A stretch of DNA of 64,000 nucleotides from Candidatus Omnitrophota bacterium (GTDB taxonomy: Bacteria > Ratteibacteria > UBA8468 > B48-G9 > JAFGKM01). The stretch spans positions 4,696-68,695 of the forward strand of contig JAMWDI010000001.1 of the NCBI GenBank assembly GCA_023819375.1. The letters run 5' to 3'. The notes under the pieces were generated by a model. It was not told where the DNA came from. It was given only the letters and a program-made list of their open reading frames with translations, and did no database searches. Positions 49,332-63,501 of this stretch are shown in pieces. Both the position numbers and the translations under genes were made by a program. The first letter of the stretch is position 1. Each line of letters begins with the position of its first letter.

Positions 49332-50533
49332 AATATATTATTTTAATTATGGATGGTGCAGGTGATTTTCCTATTGAGGAATTACATAATAAAACCCCTT
49401 TACAAACTGCAGATAAACCAAATATAGATTTTCTTACAAGGATTGGCTGTACTGGAATGTTTAAAACTATACCGGATAATTTTATTCCTGATTCTGGAGT
49501 GGCAAATTTAACTATTCTCGGATATGATCCTGTAAAATCCTATACAGGAAGAGGAGTTCTTGAAAGTTATGCTAATGGTATTGAACTTGAAGAAGATGAA
49601 ATTGCTTTTAGATGTAATTTTATTTCTGTAAAAGATGGTAAAATCATAAGTTATTCAGCGGGATATATTTCAAATGAAGAAAGTAGAGAATTGATTAATT
49701 TCTTAAATGAAAAACTTGGAAATGAAAATGTTAAATTTTATACAGGCGTTGGATTTAAAAATATACTTGTTTTGAAAGGTAATTTTTCTGAAGAAATAAT
49801 ATGTTATCCTCCACATGATTACCAAGGGAGAGAAATAAAGGATATAATGATAAAAGAGAAAACAGAAAAAGGGAAAAAAACAGCAGATTTTTTAAACTGG
49901 TTGATAATTGAGTCAAACAAATATTTAGAAAGTCATCCTATAAATATAAAAAGGGAAAAAGAAGGAAAAGAAAAAGCAAACTACATCTGGCCATGGTCCC
50001 AAGGTAGAAAACCAACTTTGGAAAAATTTTATGATAAATTTAAACTTAAAGGTGCTGTTATTTCTGCAGTTGATTTAATTAAAGGAATAGGAAAAATGAT
50101 TGGTTTTGAAGTAATTAATGTTCCAGGTGCTACAGGTTTATGGAATACAAATTATGAAGGGAAAGCAGAATATGCCTTAAAAGCACTTAGAGATTTCGAT
50201 TTCGTTTATGTTCATGTTGAAGGAATAGATGAGGCAAGTCATGATGGAAATCTTCAATTAAAAATAAAGAGTATAGAAGATTTTGATAAAAGATTAGTAA
50301 AAAACATTATAGAAAATATTGACCTTAAAACAATAAATATAGCAATTCTTCCAGATCATTATACACCTGTAAAATTAAAATCCCATAAACCTGGATATGT
50401 CCCGTTTTTAATTTGTTCCCCTAAACTCAATCCTGACAAAGTTGAAAAATTTGACGAGGAAAGTTGCAAAAATGGTTTTTTTGGCTATATAGAAAAGGAT
50501 CAATTTATTAAAATTTTTACAGGCTTAGTGTAA
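49328..50533 (+). CDS. Second cofactor-independent phosphoglycerate mutase family protein (group proposed as homoserine kinase)
   Basis: MDGAGD, PDSGVAN, YTGRGVLE, HVEGIDEASHDG and PDHYTP; translationally coupled to thrC. Confidence 0.88.
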   Translation: MKYIILIMDGAGDFPIEELHNKTPLQTADKPNIDFLTRIGCTGMFKTIPDNFIPDSGVANLTILGYDPVKSYTGRGVLESYANGIELEEDEIAFRCNFISVKDGKIISYSAGYISNEESRELINFLNEKLGNENVKFYTGVGFKNILVLKGNFSEEIICYPPHDYQGREIKDIMIKEKTEKGKKTADFLNWLIIESNKYLESHPINIKREKEGKEKANYIWPWSQGRKPTLEKFYDKFKLKGAVISAVDLIKGIGKMIGFEVINVPGATGLWNTNYEGKAEYALKALRDFDFVYVHVEGIDEASHDGNLQLKIKSIEDFDKRLVKNIIENIDLKTINIAILPDHYTPVKLKSHKPGYVPFLICSPKLNPDKVEKFDEESCKNGFFGYIEKDQFIKIFTGLV

Positions 50534-50553
50534 AATATTTTAAAGGGAAAAAA

Positions 50554-51189
50554 ATGTATATCATAATTGTAGGATGTGGTAAAATTGGCTCATATCTTGC
50601 AAAAATTCTTGATGAAAAAAATGATGTTGTGGTAATTGATAAAGATGAAAAAAATTTTGAAAAACTTGGCGATTTTAATGGAATGACAATTGTTGGTGAC
50701 GCTCTTGACATAGATATTCTTAAAGAAAGTGGTATTGAAAAAGCAGATGCAATCGCAGTAACCACAAGCAATGACAATGTAAATATAATAATAGCACAAA
50801 TTGCTAAAAAGAAATTCAAAATTCCAAGAGTAATAGCAAGGATTTCAGACCCTTTAAAAGATGAAATATGTAAAAATTTTGGAATTGAAACTATAAACGT
50901 AACATCTATTATTTCCTCGCTTGTAAAAGATGGATTAACTAAGAAACTTGCTATAAAACATTTGATTGAAAATGAAGATTTTACAATTGTTGAATTAAAA
51001 AATGAATTATTTGTAGGAAAAAAAATAAAAGAAATAAACAAAAATGGTGAATTACTTATTATAGGAATAATAAGAAACAATGAAAATTTTATTCCAGAAG
51101 AGGATTTTTTAATTGAAAAAAATGATAAAATAATAGGAATAACAAAGAAAAATTTTTTGAATAAATTTAGAAAACTTATTGAGTTATGA
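50554..51189 (+). CDS. trkA: TrkA/KtrA-type K+ uptake regulatory subunit
   Basis: IIIVGCGKIG, VVVIDKD, GDALD and an RCK-C domain. Confidence 0.9.
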   Translation: MYIIIVGCGKIGSYLAKILDEKNDVVVIDKDEKNFEKLGDFNGMTIVGDALDIDILKESGIEKADAIAVTTSNDNVNIIIAQIAKKKFKIPRVIARISDPLKDEICKNFGIETINVTSIISSLVKDGLTKKLAIKHLIENEDFTIVELKNELFVGKKIKEINKNGELLIIGIIRNNENFIPEEDFLIEKNDKIIGITKKNFLNKFRKLIEL

Positions 51190-51854
51190 ATATAATAATT
51201 GTTGGTGGCGGAAACGTTGGTTATTATCTTGCAGAAAAATTAAGTGAGAAACATTATGTTGTTTTAATTGAAAAAGAACACAAATTAAGTGAAGAGATTG
51301 CTTCTAAATTAAATTGCCTCGTTATAGGCGGCGATGGATGTGATCCAGAAGTTTTGAAAAATGCTGGAATTAAAAAGGCAGATGTTGTTGCAGCAGTTAC
51401 AGGAAGTGATGAAGATAATTTAATCATATGTGAAATTGCAAAAGAACTTTTTAATGTTAGAAGGACTATCGCAAGAGTTAATAATCCCAAAAATGAAAAA
51501 ACATTTTATGAACTTGGTGTTGATGTAGCAATAAGCGGAACTTCAATGATAGCAAAAATTATTGAAGAAGAAGTTAACTGGGAAGATTTTATAACTCTTT
51601 TTACATTTAAAAAGGGAAAATTATCAATATTGAGAATTGATTTACATGAAAGATCTCCTATTGTGAATAAAAAAATGGGAGAAATTCAATTACCAGAAGA
51701 TGCAGTAATTGTTGCTGTTATGAGAGAAGATGAACTTTTCATTCCTAAAAGTGATTTTATTTTCAAAGAAGGAGATGAGATTATAGCAATAACAAAAGTT
51801 GAAAACGAAAATAATCTTGTTAACTTTTTAATTGGAGAAATTGAAGAAACATGA
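51186..51854 (+). CDS. trkA: TrkA/KtrA-type K+ uptake regulatory subunit (second copy)
   Basis: IIIVGGGNVG, GDGCDP, VTGSDEDN and IARVNNPKN. Confidence 0.92.
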   Translation: MNIIIVGGGNVGYYLAEKLSEKHYVVLIEKEHKLSEEIASKLNCLVIGGDGCDPEVLKNAGIKKADVVAAVTGSDEDNLIICEIAKELFNVRRTIARVNNPKNEKTFYELGVDVAISGTSMIAKIIEEEVNWEDFITLFTFKKGKLSILRIDLHERSPIVNKKMGEIQLPEDAVIVAVMREDELFIPKSDFIFKEGDEIIAITKVENENNLVNFLIGEIEET

Positions 51855-51991
51855 CAAAATTGGCTAAATTATTGAAAATTTTTTTAAAAAGTATATTTGG
51901 AATATTTTTAGAATTATTTTTTATTTCTTCTATTCTTTTTTTAATTCTCATTATGAATTTTGTTCTCTACTTTTTTGCTAAATTAAGATGA
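51851..51991 (+). CDS. Unannotated 46-aa single-pass membrane protein in the trk operon
   Basis: MTKLAKLLKIFLKSIFGIFLELFFISSILFLILIMNFVLYFFAKLR*; ATGA overlaps with both the trkA stop and the trkH start. Confidence 0.75.
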   Translation: MTKLAKLLKIFLKSIFGIFLELFFISSILFLILIMNFVLYFFAKLR

Positions 51992-53487
51992 TACCTCAAT
52001 TTTCAAGAGAGGATTTGAAAGGTATTTTTCATTATATTGGAAAACTAATTATTGCTTTAGGATATTTATTTTTAGTTCCGGTTTTTGTAGGACTTATTTA
52101 TAAAGAATGGGACTGTTCTCTTGATTTTATAATTTCTTCTTTACTTTCTTTTTCATTTGGATATCTTTTAATTTTTTTATATCCAGAAGAATCTGATATT
52201 AATTGGAGACAGGCAATGACGATAACATCTATAATTTGGCTTGTTTATATGTTTTTGGGGGCTTTCCCGCTTTTTCTTTCAGGCCATTATAATTCTTATC
52301 TTGACAGTTGTTTTGAATCAATGAGTGCTCTTGCAACAACAGGCCTTGTTTTAGTTCGAGATCTTGACCATATGGCATATACATATAATTTCTGGCGACA
52401 TTTTATGTGTTTTATAGGTGGTCAAGGAATAGTTCTTGTTGGCCTATTAATATTTTTTAAAGGTGCTTCTGCCTTTAAAATATATGTTGGAGAAGGGAGA
52501 GAAGAAAAGATATTACCCAATGTGGTTCAAACAGCAAAATTTATATGGTTAGTTTCAATTTGTTATTTAATTATTTTTACTCTTGTTTTAGGATTTATTA
52601 ATATTCTTCATGGTATCCCTCCATCAAGAGCATTTTTTCATGCATTATGTATATTCATGGCAGGATGGGATACTGCAGGTTTTGCTGTGCAATCTCAAAA
52701 TATTACTTATTATCATAGTGGAATTATCAATATAATAACTGCCCTTATTGTTATATTGGGAGCATTAAGTTTTGGTCTTCATTATGCAGTTTGGACAGGT
52801 AAGTTCCGAGAAATTCTTAAAAATTATGAATTAAAAATCTTTTTAATCAGTATAATGTTGCTTATTTTTTTCTCTTATATAGGTTACATAAAAGGAAAAG
52901 AAGATACTGATTTTGTTTCAAGTTTTAGGATTGTCTCATATCATATAATTTCCGGACATACAGGCGTTGGATATACAAACGCTGATTCGTACCATTTCAA
53001 GCATCATTGGTCCGAATTTTCTCTTGCTTTTTTAATCATAGCAATGGGGCTTGGAGGATGCTCTTGTTCTACTTCTGGAGGAATAAAAATGTTAAGAATA
53101 GGATTATTTTTAAAAGAGATAAAAAAAGAAATTAAAGAATTTAGTTCTCCATTCTCTACAGTCATCGTTGAAAAATTTCATCACATAAGGGATATAAGTA
53201 TTTCTGATGCTCAAATTAAAACGTCTATTATAATAGTTCTGATGTACATTATAACTTATTTACTCGGAGGAATTATAGGAAGTTTTTTAGGATATCCATT
53301 TCTTTATTCTCTCTTTGAGTCAACTTCTGCTTGTGCAAATGTTGGACTTTCTGTTGGAATTACAAATCCCTCTATGCCTAATATATTAAAAATTGTATAT
53401 ATAATTGAAATGTGGATAGGGAGGTTAGAGTTTATTTCAATATTTGTTTTCATTAAATTTTTATTTTCATTAAGGAGCCCAGAATGA
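51988..53487 (+). CDS. trkH: TrkH family potassium uptake membrane protein
   Basis: FESMSALATTG, DTAGF, STSGGIKMLR, SACANVGLS and MWIGRLEF. Confidence 0.93.
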   Translation: MIPQFSREDLKGIFHYIGKLIIALGYLFLVPVFVGLIYKEWDCSLDFIISSLLSFSFGYLLIFLYPEESDINWRQAMTITSIIWLVYMFLGAFPLFLSGHYNSYLDSCFESMSALATTGLVLVRDLDHMAYTYNFWRHFMCFIGGQGIVLVGLLIFFKGASAFKIYVGEGREEKILPNVVQTAKFIWLVSICYLIIFTLVLGFINILHGIPPSRAFFHALCIFMAGWDTAGFAVQSQNITYYHSGIINIITALIVILGALSFGLHYAVWTGKFREILKNYELKIFLISIMLLIFFSYIGYIKGKEDTDFVSSFRIVSYHIISGHTGVGYTNADSYHFKHHWSEFSLAFLIIAMGLGGCSCSTSGGIKMLRIGLFLKEIKKEIKEFSSPFSTVIVEKFHHIRDISISDAQIKTSIIIVLMYIITYLLGGIIGSFLGYPFLYSLFESTSACANVGLSVGITNPSMPNILKIVYIIEMWIGRLEFISIFVFIKFLFSLRSPE

Positions 53488-53969
53488 AAAAATCTTTTCT
53501 AATTTTTCTATTTTTTATTTTTCACATATATGCGTTTGATTTAGTGAGAATTAAGGAATTATATGAAAATGCAGAAAAGTTTGACAAAAAACCAGTTATA
53601 ATAGAGGGAGAAGTAATTGGCGATATAATGGGCAAAAAAGATGAAAAATGGATAAATGTTAAAGAAGAGAAAGGAGATTTTGCAATTGGAGTTGTGGTAA
53701 GTAAAGAGGATGCTTTAAAAATAGAAAATTTGGGAAGATATGGAATTAAAGGTGATATTATAAGAGTGAAGGGAATATATAATACAAGTTGTATAAAACA
53801 TCAAGGTGAGAGAGATATACATGCAATTAAAATAGAGATCATTAAAAGAGGTGGAAAATTACCCATACCAGAAATAAGTTTGAGCAAAATAATTTCAACT
53901 TTTATTTTACTTGGAATAACTTATCTTATCATTCTTCTTTATCACAAAAAAACAAAAAGTTTACAATAA
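53484..53969 (+). CDS. Membrane-anchored OB-fold-like extracytoplasmic protein
   Basis: Signal peptide, VIIEGEVIG...GDIIRVKG, C-terminal TM helix; ATGA-coupled to trkH. Confidence 0.75.
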   Translation: MKKSFLIFLFFIFHIYAFDLVRIKELYENAEKFDKKPVIIEGEVIGDIMGKKDEKWINVKEEKGDFAIGVVVSKEDALKIENLGRYGIKGDIIRVKGIYNTSCIKHQGERDIHAIKIEIIKRGGKLPIPEISLSKIISTFILLGITYLIILLYHKKTKSLQ

Positions 53970-55250
53970 AATACCAAAAAGATAATGTCTTTCTCCTCTT
54001 TTTATTTCTACTTTTACAATCTCCCCTTCTATATTTTTCTTTGTTTCTATCAATACTGGTTTATTATTCATTGTTCGTCCAATATAGGTATTTTCTTTTT
54101 TATAACTTTTCTTTCTAACAAAAACTTCTTCAATTTTTCCTTCCATATTTTTATTTTTCAGAATTGAAATTTTATTTTGCAAATTAAAAATTAATTGATG
54201 TCTTCTTTCTTTCTCTTCTTTTGAAACTGTATCTGGCATTTTACTTGCTTCTGTATGTGGTCTTGGAGAATATTTAAAAACATAAAGATCGTCAAATTTA
54301 ATTTTTTCTATAAGATTATATGTTTCTTCAAAATCTTTTTCATCTTCGTAAGGAAAGCCAACCATTATGTCGGAAGTTATTGAAATTTCAGGACATAAGT
54401 TTCTCACTTTTTCAACAATTTTTAAATATTTTTCAACTGTATATTTTCTATTCATAAGTTTTAAAATCTTGTCTGAACCAGATTGAAGAGGTAAATGGAG
54501 ATGCTTATATAATTTTGGTAATTCAGAGAATAAATTTAATAAATCTTCTGATATATCCTTGGGATGAGATGTTAAAAAACCAATTCTTAAAATTTTTTCA
54601 ATATTATGAACCCTTTTAAGTAATTTAACAAAATCACCACCAATATCTTTCCCATATTCATTTACATTTTGTCCGATTAAAAAAATTTCCCTTATCCCCT
54701 TCTCTATAAGTGTTTGTATTTCTTTGATAACAACATCTTCTGGCTTACTTATTAACTTACCTCTTGCAAATGGAACTACACAATATGAACAAAAATTTTC
54801 ACAACCTTTTGTAATTGCGACGAAAGAAGTAAATTTTTCTGAAATTTGTGGGACAATCAATTCTTTAAGAAATCCTTCATCTTCTTCAAAAATAGCAATT
54901 TTTCCCCCATTATATTTTTTTAAACGTTCAACAAATTTTTTATAAGAATTGGGCCCACTTATAATATCTATAAAGTCAAATTTTTTAAAAATTTCTTCTT
55001 TATAAATTGCAGGAACACATCCAACAAGGCAAAATACCTTATTATTTTTTTTATTTTTAAATGATCCTAAAAATGAAAGAGCCCTATCCTCTGCATGTTT
55101 TCTAACACAACAAGTATTAACTATTACGATATCCGCCTCTTCTATCGAAGAAATTTCTAAAAATCCATTTTCAAATAAAAGTGTTCTTAATTTATCTGAA
55201 TCATAAAAATTCATTTGACAGCCATAGGTTTTAATGAAAAATTTTTTCAT
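53961..55250 (-). CDS. miaB: tRNA-2-methylthio-N6-dimethylallyladenosine synthase
   Basis: TYGCQMN, NTCCVR, GCENFCSYCVVP, HLPLQSGS, YSPRP and a TRAM domain. Confidence 0.94.
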   Translation of the reverse strand: MKKFFIKTYGCQMNFYDSDKLRTLLFENGFLEISSIEEADIVIVNTCCVRKHAEDRALSFLGSFKNKKNNKVFCLVGCVPAIYKEEIFKKFDFIDIISGPNSYKKFVERLKKYNGGKIAIFEEDEGFLKELIVPQISEKFTSFVAITKGCENFCSYCVVPFARGKLISKPEDVVIKEIQTLIEKGIREIFLIGQNVNEYGKDIGGDFVKLLKRVHNIEKILRIGFLTSHPKDISEDLLNLFSELPKLYKHLHLPLQSGSDKILKLMNRKYTVEKYLKIVEKVRNLCPEISITSDIMVGFPYEDEKDFEETYNLIEKIKFDDLYVFKYSPRPHTEASKMPDTVSKEEKERRHQLIFNLQNKISILKNKNMEGKIEEVFVRKKSYKKENTYIGRTMNNKPVLIETKKNIEGEIVKVEIKRGERHYLFGILL

Positions 55251-55258
55251 AATAGGTC

Positions 55259-55516
55259 TTAAATTTTTCGCAGAGTATAAACTGCACCAATAATTAAACC
55301 AACTAAAGTGAAAAGATTTATTTTAAAAATTAAAGAAAAAGATAAATTAAAAATAATAAGATCTAAACTATTTATTTTCCACATAGGATTTAGAGATTTT
55401 GAAATTAAATTATAAAAATACCACTTTTCTGGAATAAAAAACAACAAAATCTCTCCAATGCATGTTCCTATCATTGCACATAAAAATAAAATTATTACTG
55501 TGTATAAAAATCTCAT
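55259..55516 (-). CDS. DUF4321-like small membrane protein
   Basis: 85 aa, hydrophobic, IG..IGE...LDLIIF...FKINL pattern. Confidence 0.65.
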   Translation of the reverse strand: MRFLYTVIILFLCAMIGTCIGEILLFFIPEKWYFYNLISKSLNPMWKINSLDLIIFNLSFSLIFKINLFTLVGLIIGAVYTLRKI

Positions 55517-55547
55517 GATTAAAATATAAATTAAATTCTAAAAAATT

Positions 55548-59540
<3,993 letters not shown>

Positions 59541-59581
59541 TGTTTCTTATTTCATTTTACCATAAAAATAAGAAATTTTAT

Positions 59582-60475
59582 ATGGAAAAAAATTCAAAAA
59601 AATGTAAAATTAAAACTAATATGGAAAATTTAGTTAGTCTTTATGAAAAAATATGTGAAATTAAAAATACAGTAAAATTTGAAGAAGGTGAATTTGAAAT
59701 AACTTATTTATTCAATATCAAAAGAAAAATTGCTGAAATCCTTTCTAAACCTTCCTGCTCTTCTTTTTTGATTATTTTACCTGGAGCAGGTTTTAACGAA
59801 AAAACTAAAAATTATTTATTTAAAAAAATGAAATTTTTTTTAAAAAATAATATTGGGCTCTGTATTTTTCTTTTAGATGGAAATCCTTTGTTTAAAAATG
59901 ACAATGAATTTTTTTATTTTATAAGAGAAAAAATTGCTGAAATTAGAGGAATTATCAATTATATTGATAAAACATTGAAAGTTAAAAATATTTCTATACT
60001 TGGAATAAGTTTTGGTGGAATTTTGGGTTTTATTATTTCAGCAATAGAAAAAAAAATTAATAAATGTATTTTTTTAACCACTGGAGCAAATTTGGAATTT
60101 TTGACATGGCGTAGTCTTTTGAGATTTTATATTAAAAAAGATTGCAAAAGAAAAGTTTGCAGAAAAATGCACAAAATTTATAAAAAATTCTTATCTAATA
60201 ACCTATATAACGAAATAAAAAATCTTCCAAGAAAATGTTTTCTTTACGACCCCTTAACTTATCTTGAAAGATTGAAAAATAAAAAAATACTTATGATTAA
60301 TGGATTATTTGATCTAATTGTTCCTTTTTATTGTGCCCTTGAGGTTAAAAAAAGATTAAAAAACATAAAAATTATTTGGTATCCTGGAACACATTTTACT
60401 TTGAGATTTTTCTTGCCATTCATGAAAAAAAGAATTCTGAAGTTTCTAAAAAATGAAAGCGAGATTAGGAATTGA
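59582..60475 (+). CDS. Alpha/beta hydrolase fold protein
   Basis: Nucleophile elbow GISFGG, Asp in GLFDLIVP and His in PGTHF. Start uncertain (59582 or 59621). Confidence 0.8.
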   Translation: MEKNSKKCKIKTNMENLVSLYEKICEIKNTVKFEEGEFEITYLFNIKRKIAEILSKPSCSSFLIILPGAGFNEKTKNYLFKKMKFFLKNNIGLCIFLLDGNPLFKNDNEFFYFIREKIAEIRGIINYIDKTLKVKNISILGISFGGILGFIISAIEKKINKCIFLTTGANLEFLTWRSLLRFYIKKDCKRKVCRKMHKIYKKFLSNNLYNEIKNLPRKCFLYDPLTYLERLKNKKILMINGLFDLIVPFYCALEVKKRLKNIKIIWYPGTHFTLRFFLPFMKKRILKFLKNESEIRN

Positions 60476-60794
60476 TATACTTGAAATTGAAAGATTTCGA
60501 AAATCCTGCGAAAAATATGGAATAAGATTTTTAAAAAAGATTTTCTCTACCAAAGAAATAGAAAATATGAAAGATGATTATTTAAAATTTAGTATTGCTT
60601 TTTCTTTTAAAGAATCTATATGGAAAGCACTACCAGACGAAATACAAAAAAATTACAGTTTTAAAAAATTGAAAATATTATTTAAAGAGGAAAAACCTAT
60701 TTTACTCACAAAAATAAAAAATTACAAAATTTTAATGTCTTACTCACAAACTGGAAAATATATTTTAACAATTGTTTTACTTCTCAGGAATTGA
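60453..60794 (+). CDS. acpS: Holo-ACP synthase (AcpS-type phosphopantetheinyl transferase)
   Basis: LGIDILEIERF, IFSTKE and FSFKESIWKAL; the C-terminal SxSH motif is altered to SYSQ. Confidence 0.8.
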   Translation: MKARLGIDILEIERFRKSCEKYGIRFLKKIFSTKEIENMKDDYLKFSIAFSFKESIWKALPDEIQKNYSFKKLKILFKEEKPILLTKIKNYKILMSYSQTGKYILTIVLLLRN

Positions 60795-61973
60795 TTCCCT
60801 AACAATTTGATAAGTATCAAAAGCAATCCTCAATTCTTCATTTGTTGGAATAACAAAAATTTTTATATTAGATTCTTCTTTACTTATTTCTCCTTCTTTT
60901 CCAACAATTTCTTTATTTTTATCTTTATCAATAATAACCCCAAATATTTCAAGATTTTCCAAGGATTTTTCTCTCACTAATGGTACATTTTCACCAATAC
61001 CCCCTGTAAAAACTATAGCATCAACTTTACCAAGAACTGCCATATAACTTCCTATATATTTTTTCAATCTATAACAAAACATATCAATTGCAAGTGTCAC
61101 TTTTTCATTTTTACCATAAAGTGGGAGTAAATTTCTAAAATCATTTGAAATTTCAGAAATTCCGTAAAGTCCACTTTTTTTATTTAATATTTCACTTATT
61201 TCCGACGGTTTTAAATTTAATCCCTCAAGGCAGTAAAGGATAACTCCAGGATCTATATCACCACTTCTGGTTCCCATTATAAGTCCTTCAAGTGGGGTTA
61301 GACCCATACTCGTATCATAAGATTTCCCATTTTTGACTGCTGTAATACTACATCCATTACCGAGATGACACGTAATAACATTTATATCATATTTACCTTT
61401 TCCCATTATTTCTGCTGTTCTCCTTGCTACATACCTATGAGAAGTCCCATGAAAACCGTACTTTCTAATTTTATATTTTTCATAAAAACTGTAAGGAATT
61501 GCATAAAGATACGATATTTTAGGCATTGTAGTATGAAAAGCAGTATCAAAAGATGCAACTTGAACAGTATGAGGGAATAATTTCATACAGCCTTTAATTC
61601 CTGCAAGATTATGTGGATTATGAAGTGGAGCAAGAAAAGAATGTTGCTCAATTTCTTTTATGACTTCTTCTTCAATTTTAATGCTTCCAGTAAATCTTTC
61701 CCCTCCATGAACAACCCTGTGTCCAATTCCTTTAATCTCCTCTATATTTTTTATTTCATTTTCAAGCAAAGTATTAGCAATCAATTCAATACCTTGTTCA
61801 TGATTATTTATCTTCATTTCCTTTACAATATTTACTTTGCCAAAATATTTAAAAATTGAAATTTCTTCTCCAATTTTTTCAACGCTGCCATAGGAAATTA
61901 AATTTTCTTCTGGCATTTCAAATAACTTAAATTTTATTGAAGAACTTCCACAATTGATCACTAATATTTTCAT
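60777..61973 (-). CDS. ackA: Acetate kinase
   Basis: LVINCGSSSIK, GHRVVHGG, APLHNP, YGFHGTSH, HLGNG, FTGGIGEN and TNEEL. Confidence 0.97.
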   Translation of the reverse strand: MKILVINCGSSSIKFKLFEMPEENLISYGSVEKIGEEISIFKYFGKVNIVKEMKINNHEQGIELIANTLLENEIKNIEEIKGIGHRVVHGGERFTGSIKIEEEVIKEIEQHSFLAPLHNPHNLAGIKGCMKLFPHTVQVASFDTAFHTTMPKISYLYAIPYSFYEKYKIRKYGFHGTSHRYVARRTAEIMGKGKYDINVITCHLGNGCSITAVKNGKSYDTSMGLTPLEGLIMGTRSGDIDPGVILYCLEGLNLKPSEISEILNKKSGLYGISEISNDFRNLLPLYGKNEKVTLAIDMFCYRLKKYIGSYMAVLGKVDAIVFTGGIGENVPLVREKSLENLEIFGVIIDKDKNKEIVGKEGEISKEESNIKIFVIPTNEELRIAFDTYQIVRESIPEK

Positions 61974-62218
61974 TTCTTTGCAAGATATTCCTTTATAAAT
62001 TCAACTGCCTTTCCAACTGTTTTTACTTCAAGTGCTTTTTCTTCATCCATCTCTATACCAAATTCCTCTTCAAAAGCAGCAATCAATTCTAAACCTTGAA
62101 CACTTTCAGCGCCTAAATCTTCAACAAATCTATCCTCTGGAGTAATTTTATCTTTATCTACACCAAGAACTTCTGAAACAACTTTTTTTACCCTTTCAAG
62201 AATTTCAAGATCATTCAT
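61970..62218 (-). CDS. Acyl carrier protein with atypical ESVQ attachment motif
   Basis: FVEDLGAESVQGLELIAAFEEEFGIE...TVG. Confidence 0.88.
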   Translation of the reverse strand: MNDLEILERVKKVVSEVLGVDKDKITPEDRFVEDLGAESVQGLELIAAFEEEFGIEMDEEKALEVKTVGKAVEFIKEYLAKK

Positions 62219-63488
62219 TTTTCCCTCCTTTTATTTTTTTTCTACTTTTTTCAATATAGGTTTTCCTTTCATTTTCAGTAATTTCATATACTTTTCTGAT
62301 TACTTCCTCTTCTTCTTTAGAAAGAATTCTGTCTCTTCTCTCCATGGCTATTTTTGCAGTGTTTAAAGAATATTCAAGTCCATACCCTTTCATAAATTTT
62401 CCTCCAACAAACCAAACAAAAGAAGGGAAATATTTAGGCAATATATTTTCTGAAGTAATATTACACATAAGACCTACGATAGTCCCTGTATTAAACAATG
62501 TTCCAATACTTGTTTTTGTATGATCACCAATAAAAGAACCTACTTTTAATTCACCTGTATCTATAGGTTTACCATTTAAGTAGACACTTACATTGGAATA
62601 GTCATTTTTCAAATCACTATTAGTCGTTAAAGCCCCCAAATTAACAAATTCTCCTATATAACTGTGCCCAATAAATCCATCGTGATACTTATTTGAATAG
62701 GAATGAAAAATGCTTTCTTCTACTTCTCCTCCTATCCTACAAACAGGACCAAAACTGTTACCTTCTCTTATTTTTGCTCCTGGCATAATTTGTGTTTTTT
62801 CTCCAATATATGCTGGTCCTATAATTACAGAAAATGGGAAAATTTTAACACTCTTTTCTATATAAATAGGTCCATTTGTCACATCAAGCACTACAAAAGG
62901 ATATATTTCGCTATTTTCTCCAACATAAACTTTTTCCTCTGGGCCATAAATTACTGCCTTATCAGAAACTTTCCCTAATATTCCTGATTTTTTATTTTTT
63001 TCAAACTCATATTTTATTATTTCAGAATTAAAATGTATTAAATTCCATGGATATTTAATAAGAGTCAAATCTGTCTCTTTGGATTTCAAATTTTTCAATA
63101 AATTTCTCACGAATTCATCTATATTACCATTCCAATATTTGTTTAAAGTTTCTTTCTTTATAATACCATAAACAACATCACCATCTTTTAAGTAAATTAT
63201 TTCTTCAGAAAAATCAAACTCTATATTTTTATTAACTAACCACCTTCCATTAATAAGTAAGACATCATCTTTCAAAAATTCTTCACTATTTACTTTAAAA
63301 CTAAATTTACTTTTACATAATTCTTTTAAATAATCTCTTACCCATAAAAAAATTTCTTTTTCCGGTAAAATTGAAACAATTTTGTCAAGAAGAGAACTAA
63401 ACCCGCATCTCAATTCAAAAACTGGTCTTATGTAAGAAAGAGGTGTCAAATTTTTCCAATTATCATCTTCATAAATAAGTATATTCAT
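62211..63488 (-). CDS. GlmU-like putative sugar nucleotidyltransferase/hexapeptide-repeat protein
   Basis: L.PL...RPVFELRCG; left-handed beta-helix region RIGGEVEES...NKYHDGFIGHSYIGEFVNLGA...GDHTKT. Confidence 0.88.
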   Translation of the reverse strand: MNILIYEDDNWKNLTPLSYIRPVFELRCGFSSLLDKIVSILPEKEIFLWVRDYLKELCKSKFSFKVNSEEFLKDDVLLINGRWLVNKNIEFDFSEEIIYLKDGDVVYGIIKKETLNKYWNGNIDEFVRNLLKNLKSKETDLTLIKYPWNLIHFNSEIIKYEFEKNKKSGILGKVSDKAVIYGPEEKVYVGENSEIYPFVVLDVTNGPIYIEKSVKIFPFSVIIGPAYIGEKTQIMPGAKIREGNSFGPVCRIGGEVEESIFHSYSNKYHDGFIGHSYIGEFVNLGALTTNSDLKNDYSNVSVYLNGKPIDTGELKVGSFIGDHTKTSIGTLFNTGTIVGLMCNITSENILPKYFPSFVWFVGGKFMKGYGLEYSLNTAKIAMERRDRILSKEEEEVIRKVYEITENERKTYIEKSRKKIKGGKNE

Positions 63489-63501
63489 ACTATCCTCCTT
63501 T

